Under the pieces are notes generated by a model that ran no database searches, was not told the DNA's origin, and worked only from the letters and a program-made list of their open reading frames with translations. Source: Burkholderiales bacterium (GTDB lineage: Bacteria; Pseudomonadota; Gammaproteobacteria; Burkholderiales; JACQAP01). From it: 28,884 nucleotides of DNA. Each line of letters begins with the position of its first letter. Positions within the stretch are counted from its first letter, which is position 1. This document shows positions 1 to 11,311 of this stretch, one piece after another. The DNA is taken from positions 1 through 28,884 of the forward strand of contig JAXIOX010000297.1 in the NCBI GenBank assembly GCA_045403275.1, in the 5' to 3' direction. The translations under genes and the position numbers were made by a program.

Positions 1-650
1 TGGAAGAAGCGCCCGATGGCCGCGAAGACTTGCTCAAACATGGGCTCGGTCAGGCGCTTGGTCTGGGTATTGTATCGGCTGCAATGGTAGCTATCGAACA
101 GCGCTAATCCGCACCCCAGACGATATTGCGCGCCGTGTGCAAACTTGTAGTTCGCCGCCTTCTCTCCGGAGGCCATCAACACTGCCCTGTGAGCGATGCC
201 GCCCAGCGCCAGCACTGCCGCTCCCTTCGGCAGCGCCGCCAGCTCGGCGGCCAGATACGCATTGCAGCGCTTCACCTCGTCCACAGCTGGCTTGTTTTCT
301 GGCGGAACGCATTTCACCGCATTGGTGATCCTGCAGCCGGTAAGCAGCAGTCCGTCGTCCACGTGCATCGACTGCGCACGATTGGCGAAACTGAACTTGT
401 GCAGCGTGCGGTATAGCAGCAATCCGGCGTGATCCCCGGTAAACGGCCGGCCTGAGCGGTTGGCGCCGTGCATTCCCGGTGCCAGGCCGACGATCAGCAG
501 CCGCGCTTCGGCGTCGCCGAAAGGCGGCACGGGCCTGGCAAAATAGCCGGGAAATTCCTTTCTGACCCCGTCGAGAAAGTGCGCGAGCCGGCTGCAGCGC
601 CGGCAATCGGCGGAGAAAATGCGTGCATGTCTGGTCTTCATATCAGCCAT
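1..650 (-). CDS. Uracil-DNA glycosylase, family 5 (UdgB-like, Fe-S), 3' end runs off the left edge
   Basis: Not in the ORF track because no stop falls inside the window. Manual translation from ATG 650: MADMKTRHARIFSADCRRCSRL...VGLAPGMHGANRSGRPFTGD...ITNAVKCVPPENKP...RCNAYL...SYHCSRYNTQTKRLT. GLAPG..GANR.GR.FTGD and YHCS.YN are UdgB hallmarks. Alternative ATG at 641. Confidence 0.9.
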   Translation of the reverse strand, partial: MADMKTRHARIFSADCRRCSRLAHFLDGVRKEFPGYFARPVPPFGDAEARLLIVGLAPGMHGANRSGRPFTGDHAGLLLYRTLHKFSFANRAQSMHVDDGLLLTGCRITNAVKCVPPENKPAVDEVKRCNAYLAAELAALPKGAAVLALGGIAHRAVLMASGEKAANYKFAHGAQYRLGCGLALFDSYHCSRYNTQTKRLTEPMFEQVFAAIGRFF

Positions 651-718
651 GCTGTTATCGAAGTTTGCACGCAGGGAGTAAAATGGAGCACTTATCTTGA
701 GATCACCGAATACGTGTC

Positions 719-1285
719 ATGGCAAAAGCCCTTGCGACCGAAATCCGCGCCGGTCAGCTGATCGTAATGGACAAGCGCCTCTGGCGCGTTCTCAAGAGTT
801 ACCACGTTCACGTCGGCGGCCGCGGTGGCGCGTTCATGCAGGTGGAAATGAAAGACGTCGAGACGGGCACCAAGAAAAACGAGCGCATCCGCACCGATGA
901 AAAGATCGAAGTCGCGGAAGTCGAGCCGCACAACATGCAGTTTCTGTATCAGGATGGCGACGGCTACGTATTCATGGACAAGCAGTCCTACGACCAGTTG
1001 ACCCTGCCGGCCGATTTCCTCGAAGGCCAATCCGGCTACCTGCTGCCGAACACCGACGTGATGATCAATTTGTACAACGACCGTCCGATCGGGATGCAAT
1101 TGCCCAGCTCCGTGGTGCTGCAGGTCACCGAGACGGAGCCGGGCCTGAAAAACGCTACCGCCACCGGCTCGTTCAAGCCCGCTATAGTCGAGACCGGAAT
1201 CACGATCATGGTCCCGCAGTTCGTCAGCCAGGGCGAAAAAATCAAGGTCAACACCGACTCGGGCGATTACATCGAGCGGGTCTGA
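719..1285 (+). CDS. efp: Elongation factor P (atypical VGGRGG loop)
   Basis: 188 aa with EF-P architecture: EIRAG N-terminus, QFLYQDG..FMD..SYDQ, TEPGLKNATATGSFKPAIVETG, VPQFV..GEKIKVNT..G.YIER. Confidence 0.95.
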   Translation: MAKALATEIRAGQLIVMDKRLWRVLKSYHVHVGGRGGAFMQVEMKDVETGTKKNERIRTDEKIEVAEVEPHNMQFLYQDGDGYVFMDKQSYDQLTLPADFLEGQSGYLLPNTDVMINLYNDRPIGMQLPSSVVLQVTETEPGLKNATATGSFKPAIVETGITIMVPQFVSQGEKIKVNTDSGDYIERV

Positions 1286-1298
1286 CCGCCCGCGGTCA
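1283..1298. repeat. 7-bp perfect inverted repeat joining the stop codons of convergent efp and the CDF gene
   Basis: TGACCGC-CC-GCGGTCA; TGA 1283-1285 is the efp stop and TCA 1296-1298 is the CDF stop. Confidence 0.6.
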
Positions 1299-2237
1299 TT
1301 TCCCCTCTTCGTGGCGTTGCTCCTCGCGGTGCGCAACGATTTTCACTCGCGCGCGGTAGCCGGGGTTGATGCCGCCTGCCAGTTCCGGTTGCAGGGTCAC
1401 GTGCACGATGTGGAAGCGGATCTGCAGCATGCGCCTTGCGGATTCCAGAAGCAGCGGCCAGTTCGCAAGATCCTCCAGGTCGACGTGCGCGGACAGGGCC
1501 ACCTGCCCGGAGGAAATGTTCCAGACGTGGAGGTCGTGCACCGCCCGCACGCCCTCGATCTGGCTCAGCGCCTGCCCTACTTCTTCCAACCTAACACCGG
1601 CCGGCACGCCTTCCATCAGCACGTGCAGCGCATCGCGCAACAGGCGTACCGTCGATGCCAGGATCAGAAGCGCAATCACCACCGACAGCAGGGCGTCGAT
1701 CGGCTGCCAGCCGGTAAAGTAAATCACTGCGCCGGCGGTGGTCGCGGCGACCGAGCCAATCAAATCGCCGACCACGTGGATAAGCGCAGCCCGCGTGTTC
1801 AGATTGCGTTCGGCGCGACTGATCAGGAAGGCCACGCCGAGATTCACCAGCAGGCCGCAAAACCCCACTACCATCACCCCCAGTCCGGCGACCGGCTGCG
1901 GTTCGAGCAGGCGCTCCACCGCTTCGACCACGATCAACACCACGATCAGCAGCATCGCCAGTCCGTTGACGAAAGCCGCAACCACTTCCGCGCGGGCAAA
2001 TCCGTAGGAATGCCGGTCGCCTGCGGGCCGGGCGGCGACCCGGGCAGCGAACGCAGCGAAACCCAGCGCCAGGGAATCCGAAAACATGTGGCCGGCGTCG
2101 CTCATGAGCGCCAGCGAACCGAAAATCATGCCGCCGCCAAACTCCACCAGAGCGTAGCCCAGCGTGACTGCAAGCGCGATCAGCAGCGTGCGGCCGGCGC
2201 CGTGACCGTGGTGGTGATGGGGCGCGTGGCTAGCCAC
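1296..2237 (-). CDS. Cation diffusion facilitator (CzcD/ZitB-type Zn/Co/Cd efflux)
   Basis: His-rich N-terminus ([10 protein letters not shown]), [32 protein letters not shown]. Start moved to GTG 2237, which overlaps the nagZ stop. Confidence 0.93.
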   Translation of the reverse strand: MASHAPHHHHGHGAGRTLLIALAVTLGYALVEFGGGMIFGSLALMSDAGHMFSDSLALGFAAFAARVAARPAGDRHSYGFARAEVVAAFVNGLAMLLIVVLIVVEAVERLLEPQPVAGLGVMVVGFCGLLVNLGVAFLISRAERNLNTRAALIHVVGDLIGSVAATTAGAVIYFTGWQPIDALLSVVIALLILASTVRLLRDALHVLMEGVPAGVRLEEVGQALSQIEGVRAVHDLHVWNISSGQVALSAHVDLEDLANWPLLLESARRMLQIRFHIVHVTLQPELAGGINPGYRARVKIVAHREEQRHEEGK

Positions 2238-3321
2238 GTTCCCCGACCTGCGGTGTTCCCGCCAGCGGCAACTCGCCGCTGCTGAACCCGACGCCGGCAA
2301 TGGCGTGTACCGCGCGTGTATACGGCTCGGTCTCCTTCAGCGCAGTAAGCGTAGGGGCGTGCGCCCGGCCATGCAGCCGCGCCAGCCGTGCCAGCGACAT
2401 CGGCGAGGCCTTGCGGTCCAGGCCCGCCAGCAATTCATCGGCCGCGACCGGGTTGTTGCAAACCAGCACCATGTCGCAACCGGCATCGAGTGCGGCTTGC
2501 GCGCGCTCGACCATGGTGCCGGCGACGCGCGCGCCCTCCATGCACAGATCGTCGCTGAAAATGACGCCCTGGAAACGCATCTGGCCGCGCAACACCTGCG
2601 ACAGCCAGACACTCGAGAAGCCGGCCGGCTTGCTGTCCACTTTCGGGTAAATCACGTGAGCCGGCATGACCGCGGACAGGCCATGGCGGATCAGGTGCTG
2701 GAAAGGAACCAGGTCGGCCTGTTCGATTTCGCTATAACTGCGGCTGTCCACCGATATGTCGGTGTGCGAGTCCGCGGCAACGAAGCCATGACCCGGAAAA
2801 TGCTTGCCCACTGCCGCCATGCCGCCTTGCCGCAACCCCTCGACCAGCGCCACCGCCAGTTCGCAAACGGCCTGCGGATCGGCGTGAAAGGCGCGGTTGC
2901 CGATCACTGCGCTGCTGCCGAAATCCAGGTCCAGGACCGGTGTGAAACTCAAGTCCACCCCGCAGGCGCGCAGTTCCGCCGCCAGCACATAGCCTGCGGC
3001 ATGAGCCAGATGACGCGCCCGTTGCGGATGCTGGTCCCATACTTCGCCCAGTGCGCGCATCGGCGGCAGCAGCGTGAAACCCTCGCGGAAGCGCTGCACC
3101 TTGCCGCCTTCGTGATCCACCGCGATCAGCAGCGGCGGGTCGCGCAACGCGTGAATCTCGGCGGTCAACTCGGCGACCTGGCGCGGCGAATCGTAGTTGC
3201 GCGAAAACAGGATGACGCCGCCGGTCAAAGGGTGCAGCAGCCGCTGGCGCTCCTCGCGCGTCAGCGCTTTCCCATCGAGGTCAAGCATGACCAGGCCCAG
3301 CGATGTTGGCGCGGCGCTCAT
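2230..3321 (-). CDS. nagZ: Beta-N-acetylhexosaminidase NagZ (GH3)
   Basis: [29 protein letters not shown]...[23 protein letters not shown]. Start at ATG 3321 (MSAAP). Confidence 0.96.
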   Translation of the reverse strand: MSAAPTSLGLVMLDLDGKALTREERQRLLHPLTGGVILFSRNYDSPRQVAELTAEIHALRDPPLLIAVDHEGGKVQRFREGFTLLPPMRALGEVWDQHPQRARHLAHAAGYVLAAELRACGVDLSFTPVLDLDFGSSAVIGNRAFHADPQAVCELAVALVEGLRQGGMAAVGKHFPGHGFVAADSHTDISVDSRSYSEIEQADLVPFQHLIRHGLSAVMPAHVIYPKVDSKPAGFSSVWLSQVLRGQMRFQGVIFSDDLCMEGARVAGTMVERAQAALDAGCDMVLVCNNPVAADELLAGLDRKASPMSLARLARLHGRAHAPTLTALKETEPYTRAVHAIAGVGFSSGELPLAGTPQVGERG

Positions 3322-3325
3322 CGCC

Positions 3326-3703
3326 TCAGCCCTCCACCACCACCATCGCGCATGCAAGGTCCCATTCGTGTGACAAAGTCAAGTGGCAGCGGGCCACGCC
3401 GCGGCCTGCCAGGTACTCCGGCAACGCGCCGTGAAACCGGAACTCGGGCTTGCCGATCGTGTCGGATTCCACGCTGATGGCGTGCAGCGTCACCGGAAAG
3501 CGCAGTCCGGTACCCAATGCCTTCGACAGCGCTTCCTTTGCCGCGAAGCGATTGGCGACGAACCAGGTCGGCCGGCTGCTGATCCTGTACGCGGCGCGCT
3601 CGGATGGCGCCAGGATGCGCCCGGCAAACCGGCTGCCATATTGGACCAGCATGCGCTCGATACGGTTCGCATCCGCGAGATCCACGCCGATGCCGATGAT
3701 CAT
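3326..3703 (-). CDS. acpS: Holo-[acyl-carrier-protein] synthase
   Basis: [35 protein letters not shown] 3703 overlaps the pdxJ stop (ATGA). Confidence 0.96.
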   Translation of the reverse strand: MIIGIGVDLADANRIERMLVQYGSRFAGRILAPSERAAYRISSRPTWFVANRFAAKEALSKALGTGLRFPVTLHAISVESDTIGKPEFRFHGALPEYLAGRGVARCHLTLSHEWDLACAMVVVEG

Positions 3704-4440
3704 GCGGCGCGCCCTCCGCAAACCGCGCTGAGATAGAGCGCGACGGTTTGCTTCATGCCGAATTCGAGCGCGTCTGCAATCAAGGCGTGGCCGATCGAAA
3801 CCTCCAGAACGCCGGGAACGGTGCGCAGAAACAGCGGCAGATTGTCGCGGTTCAGGTCATGGCCCGCATTCACTCCCAGCCCCGTGCGCTGCGCGGCTCT
3901 TGCCGCCGCGACATAACGCGCCAGAACCGGCGCCTGTTCGGCATTGCCAAACGCACGCGCGTAGGGCTCCGTGTACAGTTCGACGCGATCGGCGCCGGTC
4001 GCGCGTGCCGCCGCCATGGCGTGGTCCGCCGCATCCATGAACAGGCTGACGCGCACGCCCAGCGTCTTCAATTCGGCGATCACCGGTTGCAGGCGGGCGC
4101 CGTCACGCTCAAGGTCCCAGCCGTGGTCCGAAGTCGACGCGCCCGGGTCGTCGGGAACCAGCGTGCACTGGTCCGGACGTACGGCGCGCACCAGTTCCAG
4201 CATCGGCTGGAACGGATTACCCTCGATGTTGAACTCCACACCGCGCGCGCGCGCCAGCTTGTGAAGTGAATGGACATCGTCAGAGCGGATATGGCGGGCG
4301 TCCGGGCGCGGATGAACCGTGATGCCGTGCGCCCCGGCGTCTATGGCGAGTTCGGCCGCGTGCACGATATTGGGAATGTCGAGAGGGCGCGAATTGCGCA
4401 GCAGCGCGACCTTGTTCACGTTGACGCTGAGTCTGGTCAT
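3700..4440 (-). CDS. pdxJ: Pyridoxine 5'-phosphate synthase
   Basis: GITVHPRPDARHI, NIEGNP, CTLVPD, RVSLFMD, VELYTEPY, GLGVNAGHDLN, EVSIGHALI; conserved recO-pdxJ-acpS order. Confidence 0.96.
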   Translation of the reverse strand: MTRLSVNVNKVALLRNSRPLDIPNIVHAAELAIDAGAHGITVHPRPDARHIRSDDVHSLHKLARARGVEFNIEGNPFQPMLELVRAVRPDQCTLVPDDPGASTSDHGWDLERDGARLQPVIAELKTLGVRVSLFMDAADHAMAAARATGADRVELYTEPYARAFGNAEQAPVLARYVAAARAAQRTGLGVNAGHDLNRDNLPLFLRTVPGVLEVSIGHALIADALEFGMKQTVALYLSAVCGGRAA

Positions 4441-5171
4441 ATCTGCTGGAGTTCACGCAACAGTTGCCGTGTGTGCAATTCCTTATTGTCGAGGTAATGG
4501 TTCATCAGAAAGCGCATCAGGACCTTGCTCTGCGCGAGCGTGCCGGGATCGGTGAAATTGTCGCATGCCAGATCGAGCAGCGTCCTGCCCGTCACTTCCA
4601 CCTGCGCCTCGGCGCGTCCGTTCAACACTACCGGGCCGCGCTCGATCACATAGGTGTAGCGCTTCTGCGGCTCGACGGGATTGCCGGTATCGGCTTCCCG
4701 GTCGAGGCTAAGCGCGTAGCCCAGTTCCTTGAGCAGGTTCTTCTCGAATCGGCGCAGCGTTGCCGCCGGCTCGAGCCGCTGCGCGAGCGCGACGATCGCT
4801 TCGTGATAAACCGTGAACAGCGCGTCGTGGGGATCGTCGCGGGCCAGGAACTTGAGCAGCAGTTCGTTCAGATAGAAGCCGCACATCAGCCCCACGCCCC
4901 TCATTTGCGGGATGACGCCCTGCCATTCGGCTTTGTGCAGCGTGCGCAGCTCGGATCTCCCGGCCCAGGACAGCAACAGCGGCTGGAACGCCATCAACAG
5001 ACCGCGCAGTGCCGACTTGGGACGGCGGGCGCCGCGGGCCACAAGGCTGACGCGTCCGGCATTGCGGGTGAACACCTCCACGACCAGGCTGGTTTCCCGA
5101 AACGGAAAGGTGTGCAGCACAAAGGCCGGCTGTGCATCCTGCCTTTGCCTGTCGCCGCTCACAGTCGTCAT
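4437..5171 (-). CDS. recO: DNA repair protein RecO
   Basis: AFVLHTFPFRETSLVVEVFT...LVARGARRPKS, CGFYLNELL; position after era. Confidence 0.96.
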   Translation of the reverse strand: MTTVSGDRQRQDAQPAFVLHTFPFRETSLVVEVFTRNAGRVSLVARGARRPKSALRGLLMAFQPLLLSWAGRSELRTLHKAEWQGVIPQMRGVGLMCGFYLNELLLKFLARDDPHDALFTVYHEAIVALAQRLEPAATLRRFEKNLLKELGYALSLDREADTGNPVEPQKRYTYVIERGPVVLNGRAEAQVEVTGRTLLDLACDNFTDPGTLAQSKVLMRFLMNHYLDNKELHTRQLLRELQQI

Positions 5172-5175
5172 ATAT

Positions 5176-6066
5176 CTACTCGTATCCCAGGTTTTTCAGC
5201 GCCTTGAGGCTCTCGGCCCAGCCGCTCTTCACCCTCACCCAGACTTCGAGAAAAACCTTGCCGTCGAACAGCTTCTCCATGTCCACCCGCGCCTGGGTGG
5301 CAATGTCCTTCAGCTTCGCGCCGCCTTTGCCGATGACGATCGCCTTTTGGTTCGGTTTGTCCACCACGATGGCCGCGTGAATACGGCGCAGGCCCGCCTC
5401 GATTTCGAACTTTTCCACCACCACGGTCGCCGCGTACGGCAGTTCCTCGCCAAGCAGCCTGAACAGTTTTTCGCGCAGCAGTTCGGCGGCGAGAAACCGT
5501 TCCGTTCGGTCGGTGACCTCGTCTTCGCTGTACAGCGCCGGGCCTTCCGGCAGGTAGGCCTTGACGGCATCCAGCAGCCTGGCGACCTGCGTGCCCTTGG
5601 CCGCGCTGACCGGCACCACCTCCGCAAAATCGAACGCCGTGCTCACCCGGCTGATGAAGGGAAGCAAACGGCTCTTGTCCCTGGCGCGATCGATCTTGTT
5701 GATCACAAGCACGACCGGAATCCGCTGCGGCAGCAGCGCCAGCACCTTGCGGTCGTCCGCGCCGAACACGCCCGCGTCGACCACGAACAGCACCACATCC
5801 ACGCCCTGCAGGCTGTCGGTTACGACCCGGTTCATCAGCTTATTGAGCGCGCCGCCGTGGACGGTCTGAAAACCCGGCGTGTCGACAAGCACCAATTGCG
5901 CGTCGGGTTCGCTGACGATTCCGGTGATGCGGTGGCGTGTGGTCTGCGGACGCCGCGATGTGATGCTCACCTTCATGCCGACCAGGCGATTGAGCAGCGT
6001 GGATTTGCCGACGTTCGGACGTCCGACGATGGCCACGTAGCCGCTGCGATGGACCGACGCGTTCAT
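5176..6066 (-). CDS. era: GTPase Era
   Basis: [12 protein letters not shown] (P-loop), QTTR, DTPG, NKID, KH domain [22 protein letters not shown]. Confidence 0.98.
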   Translation of the reverse strand: MNASVHRSGYVAIVGRPNVGKSTLLNRLVGMKVSITSRRPQTTRHRITGIVSEPDAQLVLVDTPGFQTVHGGALNKLMNRVVTDSLQGVDVVLFVVDAGVFGADDRKVLALLPQRIPVVLVINKIDRARDKSRLLPFISRVSTAFDFAEVVPVSAAKGTQVARLLDAVKAYLPEGPALYSEDEVTDRTERFLAAELLREKLFRLLGEELPYAATVVVEKFEIEAGLRRIHAAIVVDKPNQKAIVIGKGGAKLKDIATQARVDMEKLFDGKVFLEVWVRVKSGWAESLKALKNLGYE

Positions 6067-6737
6067 TTGATCTCCGCCGCAAATTCGTAAGCGGATCTGG
6101 CTGCCTCCTGTTCCGCGGCGCGCCGGCTCGCGCCTTCACCATAGGCGCGAATTCCCAGCTCGGGAACCGTACACTCCACGCGGAAATGCTGCTCGTGCGC
6201 CTCCCCGGAAACGGTCACGATCGCGTATTGCGGCAGTGCCAGGCGCTTTGCCTGCAGGTATTCCTGCAACCGGGTCTTGGGATCCTTGCCCAGCGCGGCG
6301 GGGTCGGTAGCGGCCAGCAGCGGTTGGTACAGCCGCCCCAGGACCTGCTCGGCGGACTCGAAACCGCCGTCGAGGAGAATGGCGCCCATCAGCGCCTCGA
6401 AGGCATCGGCCAGTATCGATGGACGGCGGAAGCCGCCGCTCTTCAGCTCCCCTTCCCCGAGGCGCAAGTGCTCGCCCAGCGACAGCGATGCGGCGATCTC
6501 CGCCAGCGATTGCTGGTTGACCAGGCTGGCGCGCAGTCTCGAAAGGTCTCCCTCGGGTAGCTTCGCGAACCGTTCGAACAGCAGCCGCGCGACAACGAAA
6601 TTCAATAGTCCGTCGCCCAGAAACTCGAGGCGTTCGTTGTGGGGTGTTCCATAACTGCGGTGGGTAAGCGCCTGCCGGAGCAAAGACGCATCGCGGAACT
6701 GGTAGCCAAGTCGGCGTTCGATCGCCTCGTCAGGCAT
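6063..6737 (-). CDS. rnc: Ribonuclease III
   Basis: [15 protein letters not shown] signature, [19 protein letters not shown] dsRBD. Confidence 0.98.
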   Translation of the reverse strand: MPDEAIERRLGYQFRDASLLRQALTHRSYGTPHNERLEFLGDGLLNFVVARLLFERFAKLPEGDLSRLRASLVNQQSLAEIAASLSLGEHLRLGEGELKSGGFRRPSILADAFEALMGAILLDGGFESAEQVLGRLYQPLLAATDPAALGKDPKTRLQEYLQAKRLALPQYAIVTVSGEAHEQHFRVECTVPELGIRAYGEGASRRAAEQEAARSAYEFAAEIK

Positions 6738-6761
6738 GGGGTGACGGACTGCGCGACAGCC

Positions 6762-7115
6762 TCACCTGCTGCTTCTCGCCTCGAAATCGATGCAGGCGCT
6801 GAGATTGCCGAACAGCTTGACCTTGGTCTGGTAGCTGGCGCTCAGAATCACCGAATTTCCATCGCGAGTGACCTCGATTTCATCTGCTGCGATCGCCTTG
6901 ATGTCATCGATCTGGGCGCGCTTGCTGAACAGCATCTGGATTTCGCGGGTTGAACCGCGCGCCTCCGGAGAACGCGCAATTTCACGCAGGTGCTGAACCA
7001 CTGTTGCATATTCGATGTACGCCGGGATCAGCCTGAGCCCGATGATGGCGCCAAGAATGATCAGTGCCGCGATGAAAATCATGCCGACGAAAGTCACGCC
7101 CCGTTGATGCTTCAT
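6762..7115 (-). CDS. DUF4845-family protein
   Basis: Pilin-like N-terminus KHQRGVTFVG followed by a hydrophobic segment; usual position between lepB and rnc. Confidence 0.85.
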   Translation of the reverse strand: MKHQRGVTFVGMIFIAALIILGAIIGLRLIPAYIEYATVVQHLREIARSPEARGSTREIQMLFSKRAQIDDIKAIAADEIEVTRDGNSVILSASYQTKVKLFGNLSACIDFEARSSR

Positions 7116-7126
7116 GTGTGCTCCCG

Positions 7127-7930
7127 TTAATTGATCCGGTTGCCGATTCGCTTCAGCTCACTGAAGTTCCACCACACCAGGAACGCTTTGCCGACGATGT
7201 TCTCTTCCGGCACGAACCCCCAGTAGCGGCTGTCCGAACTCGAGTCGCGATTGTCCCCCATCATAAAAAAATGCCCGGGCGGCACCACGCAACTAAACTC
7301 GCGTTCATTGTAATCGCAGTTCTCCCGCTGCGGAAACTGCTTGACCCCGGCCAGCTGCAGCGGCGGCGCCTCCGGATTTACGATGATCGAGTGGCGATGC
7401 TCTCCCAGCGTTTCCCAGAAACGCATGGCATGGACGAAGCTCAAGCCGCTGTCGACGTACTGGAAGTCCTCGACCGCTTCCACCGGCACCAGTCTGCCGT
7501 TGATGCTGAGCCGCTTGTTGCGGTATTCGACGTGATCTCCAGGCAGACCGACCAACCGTTTGATGTAGTCGAGCGTCGGATTCTCCGGGTAACGGAACAC
7601 CATCACTTCGCCGCGCCTGGGCTGATTGATGTCGATGATCTTCCTGTTGATGACCGGCAGCCGGATTCCATAGGTGAATTTGTTTACCAGGATGAAATCG
7701 CCGACCAGCAGCGTAGGAATCATCGATCCCGACGGAATCTTGAACGGTTCCAGCAGAAATGAGCGCAGCAGGAACACCAGCAGGATGATCGGAAAGAAGC
7801 TCTTGGGGTACTCGACCCACCAGGGTTCCCTGCCGTCCCGGCCCCGGCGTTTGTACAGGACGAATATGTCCAGCAGCCAGACCGCGCCGGTCACCAGCAG
7901 CAGGACCAGCATGAGCAGTGCGAAGTTCAT
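7127..7930 (-). CDS. lepB: Signal peptidase I
   Basis: EPFKIPSGSMIPTL (Ser), DYIKR (Lys), MMGDNRDSSSDSRYWGFVP. Confidence 0.98.
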   Translation of the reverse strand: MNFALLMLVLLLVTGAVWLLDIFVLYKRRGRDGREPWWVEYPKSFFPIILLVFLLRSFLLEPFKIPSGSMIPTLLVGDFILVNKFTYGIRLPVINRKIIDINQPRRGEVMVFRYPENPTLDYIKRLVGLPGDHVEYRNKRLSINGRLVPVEAVEDFQYVDSGLSFVHAMRFWETLGEHRHSIIVNPEAPPLQLAGVKQFPQRENCDYNEREFSCVVPPGHFFMMGDNRDSSSDSRYWGFVPEENIVGKAFLVWWNFSELKRIGNRIN

Positions 7931-7965
7931 CGGATGTCCACCTTGTTATCCAAATCGCGTGCGGG

Positions 7966-9758
<1,793 letters not shown>

Positions 9759-9759
<1 letters not shown>

Positions 9760-9791
9760 CAGAAAAAAGGGCACGTGACGTGCCCTTTCAT
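9759..9791 (-). other. Candidate 10-codon leader ORF ([10 protein letters not shown]) whose TGA overlaps the lepA ATG
   Basis: Minus strand ATG AAA GGG CAC GTC ACG TGC CCT TTT TTC TGA(TG). No strong SD is visible. Confidence 0.4.
9761..9788 (-). terminator. Rho-independent terminator-like hairpin immediately upstream of lepA
   Basis: Minus strand AAAGGGCACG-TCA-CGTGCCCTTT (10-bp perfect arms, 9788-9779/9775-9766); the T run continues as TTTTTTCT. Confidence 0.7.
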
Positions 9792-9810
9792 GTGGCTTTC
9801 AAAGCCGCGA

Positions 9811-9816
9811 ATTGTA
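9811..9816 (-). promoter_or_regulatory. Putative sigma70 -10 element for lepA
   Basis: TACAAT on the minus strand between the mucD stop and lepA; no good -35. Confidence 0.45.
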
Positions 9817-9877
9817 GCGGATTTTGCCCTCGAACGAGGGGGTTTCGCGGCTGCTTCGCAGCGGTCCGCGGTCGCGC

Positions 9878-11263
9878 TCAGTTGCCGTCCAGCCGCAACG
9901 GAACGTACAAGGCGCCGTCGCCGCGCCGGATCAGCAGCGCCACGCTCTTGGCCTTGTCGAACTGACCGAGCAGCTGAGTCAGTTGCTCGACCGACTTGAC
10001 GTCCTGGTTGTTGAGCGCCATGAGGATGTCGCCCCGGCGGATTCCGGCCTTGGCAGCCGCCCCCTGTACGTCTTCCACCAGCAACCCGCCGCCGATTCCG
10101 AGTTCCTTGCGCTGCTCCGCGGACAGTTCGCTCACCGTCAAACCGAGTCTTGCAACCACATTGCCGGACTTGTTGTCGCGGCGGGCCGGGCGTTGCGCCA
10201 CTTTCTCTTCGGGCATCTCGCCGACCGTAACGGTGACATCCCTGGCCGCACCCTTGCGCCAGATCTGCATCGTGGCCTTGGAACCGGGACGGGTCTGGGC
10301 GACGATGCGCGGCAGGTCGGAAGTCGAGTTCACGGTCTTGCCGTCGAATTTTAGGATCACGTCGGAGGGCTCAAGCCCGGCCTTGTCCGCCGGGCCGCCT
10401 TTCTCCACCGAATTGACCAGCGCGCCGGCCGCCTTCGGCAAGCCGAACGATTCGGCGAGTTCCTTGGTGACTTCCTGGATGACTACGCCGATGCGGCCGC
10501 GGCTGACGCGCCCGGTGGTCCGGAGCTGATTGGTGATGTCCATCGCCACATCGATCGGGATTGCGAACGACAGCCCCATGAAACCGCCGGTGCGGCTGTA
10601 GATCTGCGAGTTCATGCCGACCACCTCGCCCTTCAGATTGAACAGCGGGCCGCCGGAGTTGCCGGGGTTGATCGCCACGTCGGTCTGGATGAAGGGAACG
10701 TAATTCTCCTGCGGCAGCGAGCGGCCCTTGGCGCTGACGATGCCCGCGGTCACGGTGCTTTCGAAACCGAACGGAGATCCGATCGCCAGCACCCATTCGC
10801 CGACCTTGAGCCGTTCAGGATCGCCGACTTTCACCGCCGGCAATCCGCTTGCCTCAATCTTGATCACCGCGACATCGGTGCGCTTGTCCGACCCGATGAC
10901 CTTGGCCTTGAACTCGCGCTTGTCGTTGAGCTTGACGTTGATGTCCTCGGCGGCTTCAACCACATGGGCGTTGGTGAGGATGTAGCCGTCGGCGCTGATG
11001 ATGAAGCCAGACCCGAGCGAACGGGCTTCGTAATCGCGCGGCTGCGGTGGTCCAAAGCGGCGGAAAAAGTCGTAGAACGGGTCATCCTCCGGCACCGGCG
11101 ACTGTGGGCCGCTGCGCGCCGCCGAGGTGGTGCTGACGTTCACCACCGCCGGGCCCTGCTTTTCAACGAGCTCGGTGAAATCCGGCAGTCCCTGGACTTG
11201 GGCGAGGCCCGCGAGCGGCACGAACAGCAGCAAGCAGAAGGAAATGAGGGTTTTTCTGAACAT
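9878..11263 (-). CDS. mucD: Periplasmic serine endoprotease DegP/MucD (Do family, 2 PDZ)
   Basis: Signal peptide, LPDFTELVE, SLGSGFIIS.DGYILTNAHVV, TDVAINPGNSGGPL; follows rseB. Confidence 0.93.
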   Translation of the reverse strand: MFRKTLISFCLLLFVPLAGLAQVQGLPDFTELVEKQGPAVVNVSTTSAARSGPQSPVPEDDPFYDFFRRFGPPQPRDYEARSLGSGFIISADGYILTNAHVVEAAEDINVKLNDKREFKAKVIGSDKRTDVAVIKIEASGLPAVKVGDPERLKVGEWVLAIGSPFGFESTVTAGIVSAKGRSLPQENYVPFIQTDVAINPGNSGGPLFNLKGEVVGMNSQIYSRTGGFMGLSFAIPIDVAMDITNQLRTTGRVSRGRIGVVIQEVTKELAESFGLPKAAGALVNSVEKGGPADKAGLEPSDVILKFDGKTVNSTSDLPRIVAQTRPGSKATMQIWRKGAARDVTVTVGEMPEEKVAQRPARRDNKSGNVVARLGLTVSELSAEQRKELGIGGGLLVEDVQGAAAKAGIRRGDILMALNNQDVKSVEQLTQLLGQFDKAKSVALLIRRGDGALYVPLRLDGN

Positions 11264-11311
11264 CGGGTATTTCCTCTGTTGGGAAACTTGAACTAAAGGA
11301 AGCGAACCGCG

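Noticed and set aside
91-606. 171-aa minus-strand ORF in the track
   Set aside because: Wrong frame; the real gene is the UdgB-like ORF (650 to the left edge), missed by the track because its stop is outside the window.
2305-3477. Long antisense ORFs (also 1311-2285, 4912-6090, 7918-9030, 13547-14755, 18090-19181, 20248-21087)
   Set aside because: Shadows of well-identified genes on the opposite strand, expected in GC-rich DNA; no recognisable motifs.
11264-11311. No rseC/mucC between rseB and mucD
   Set aside because: rpoE-rseA-rseB-mucD without rseC is common in betaproteobacteria.
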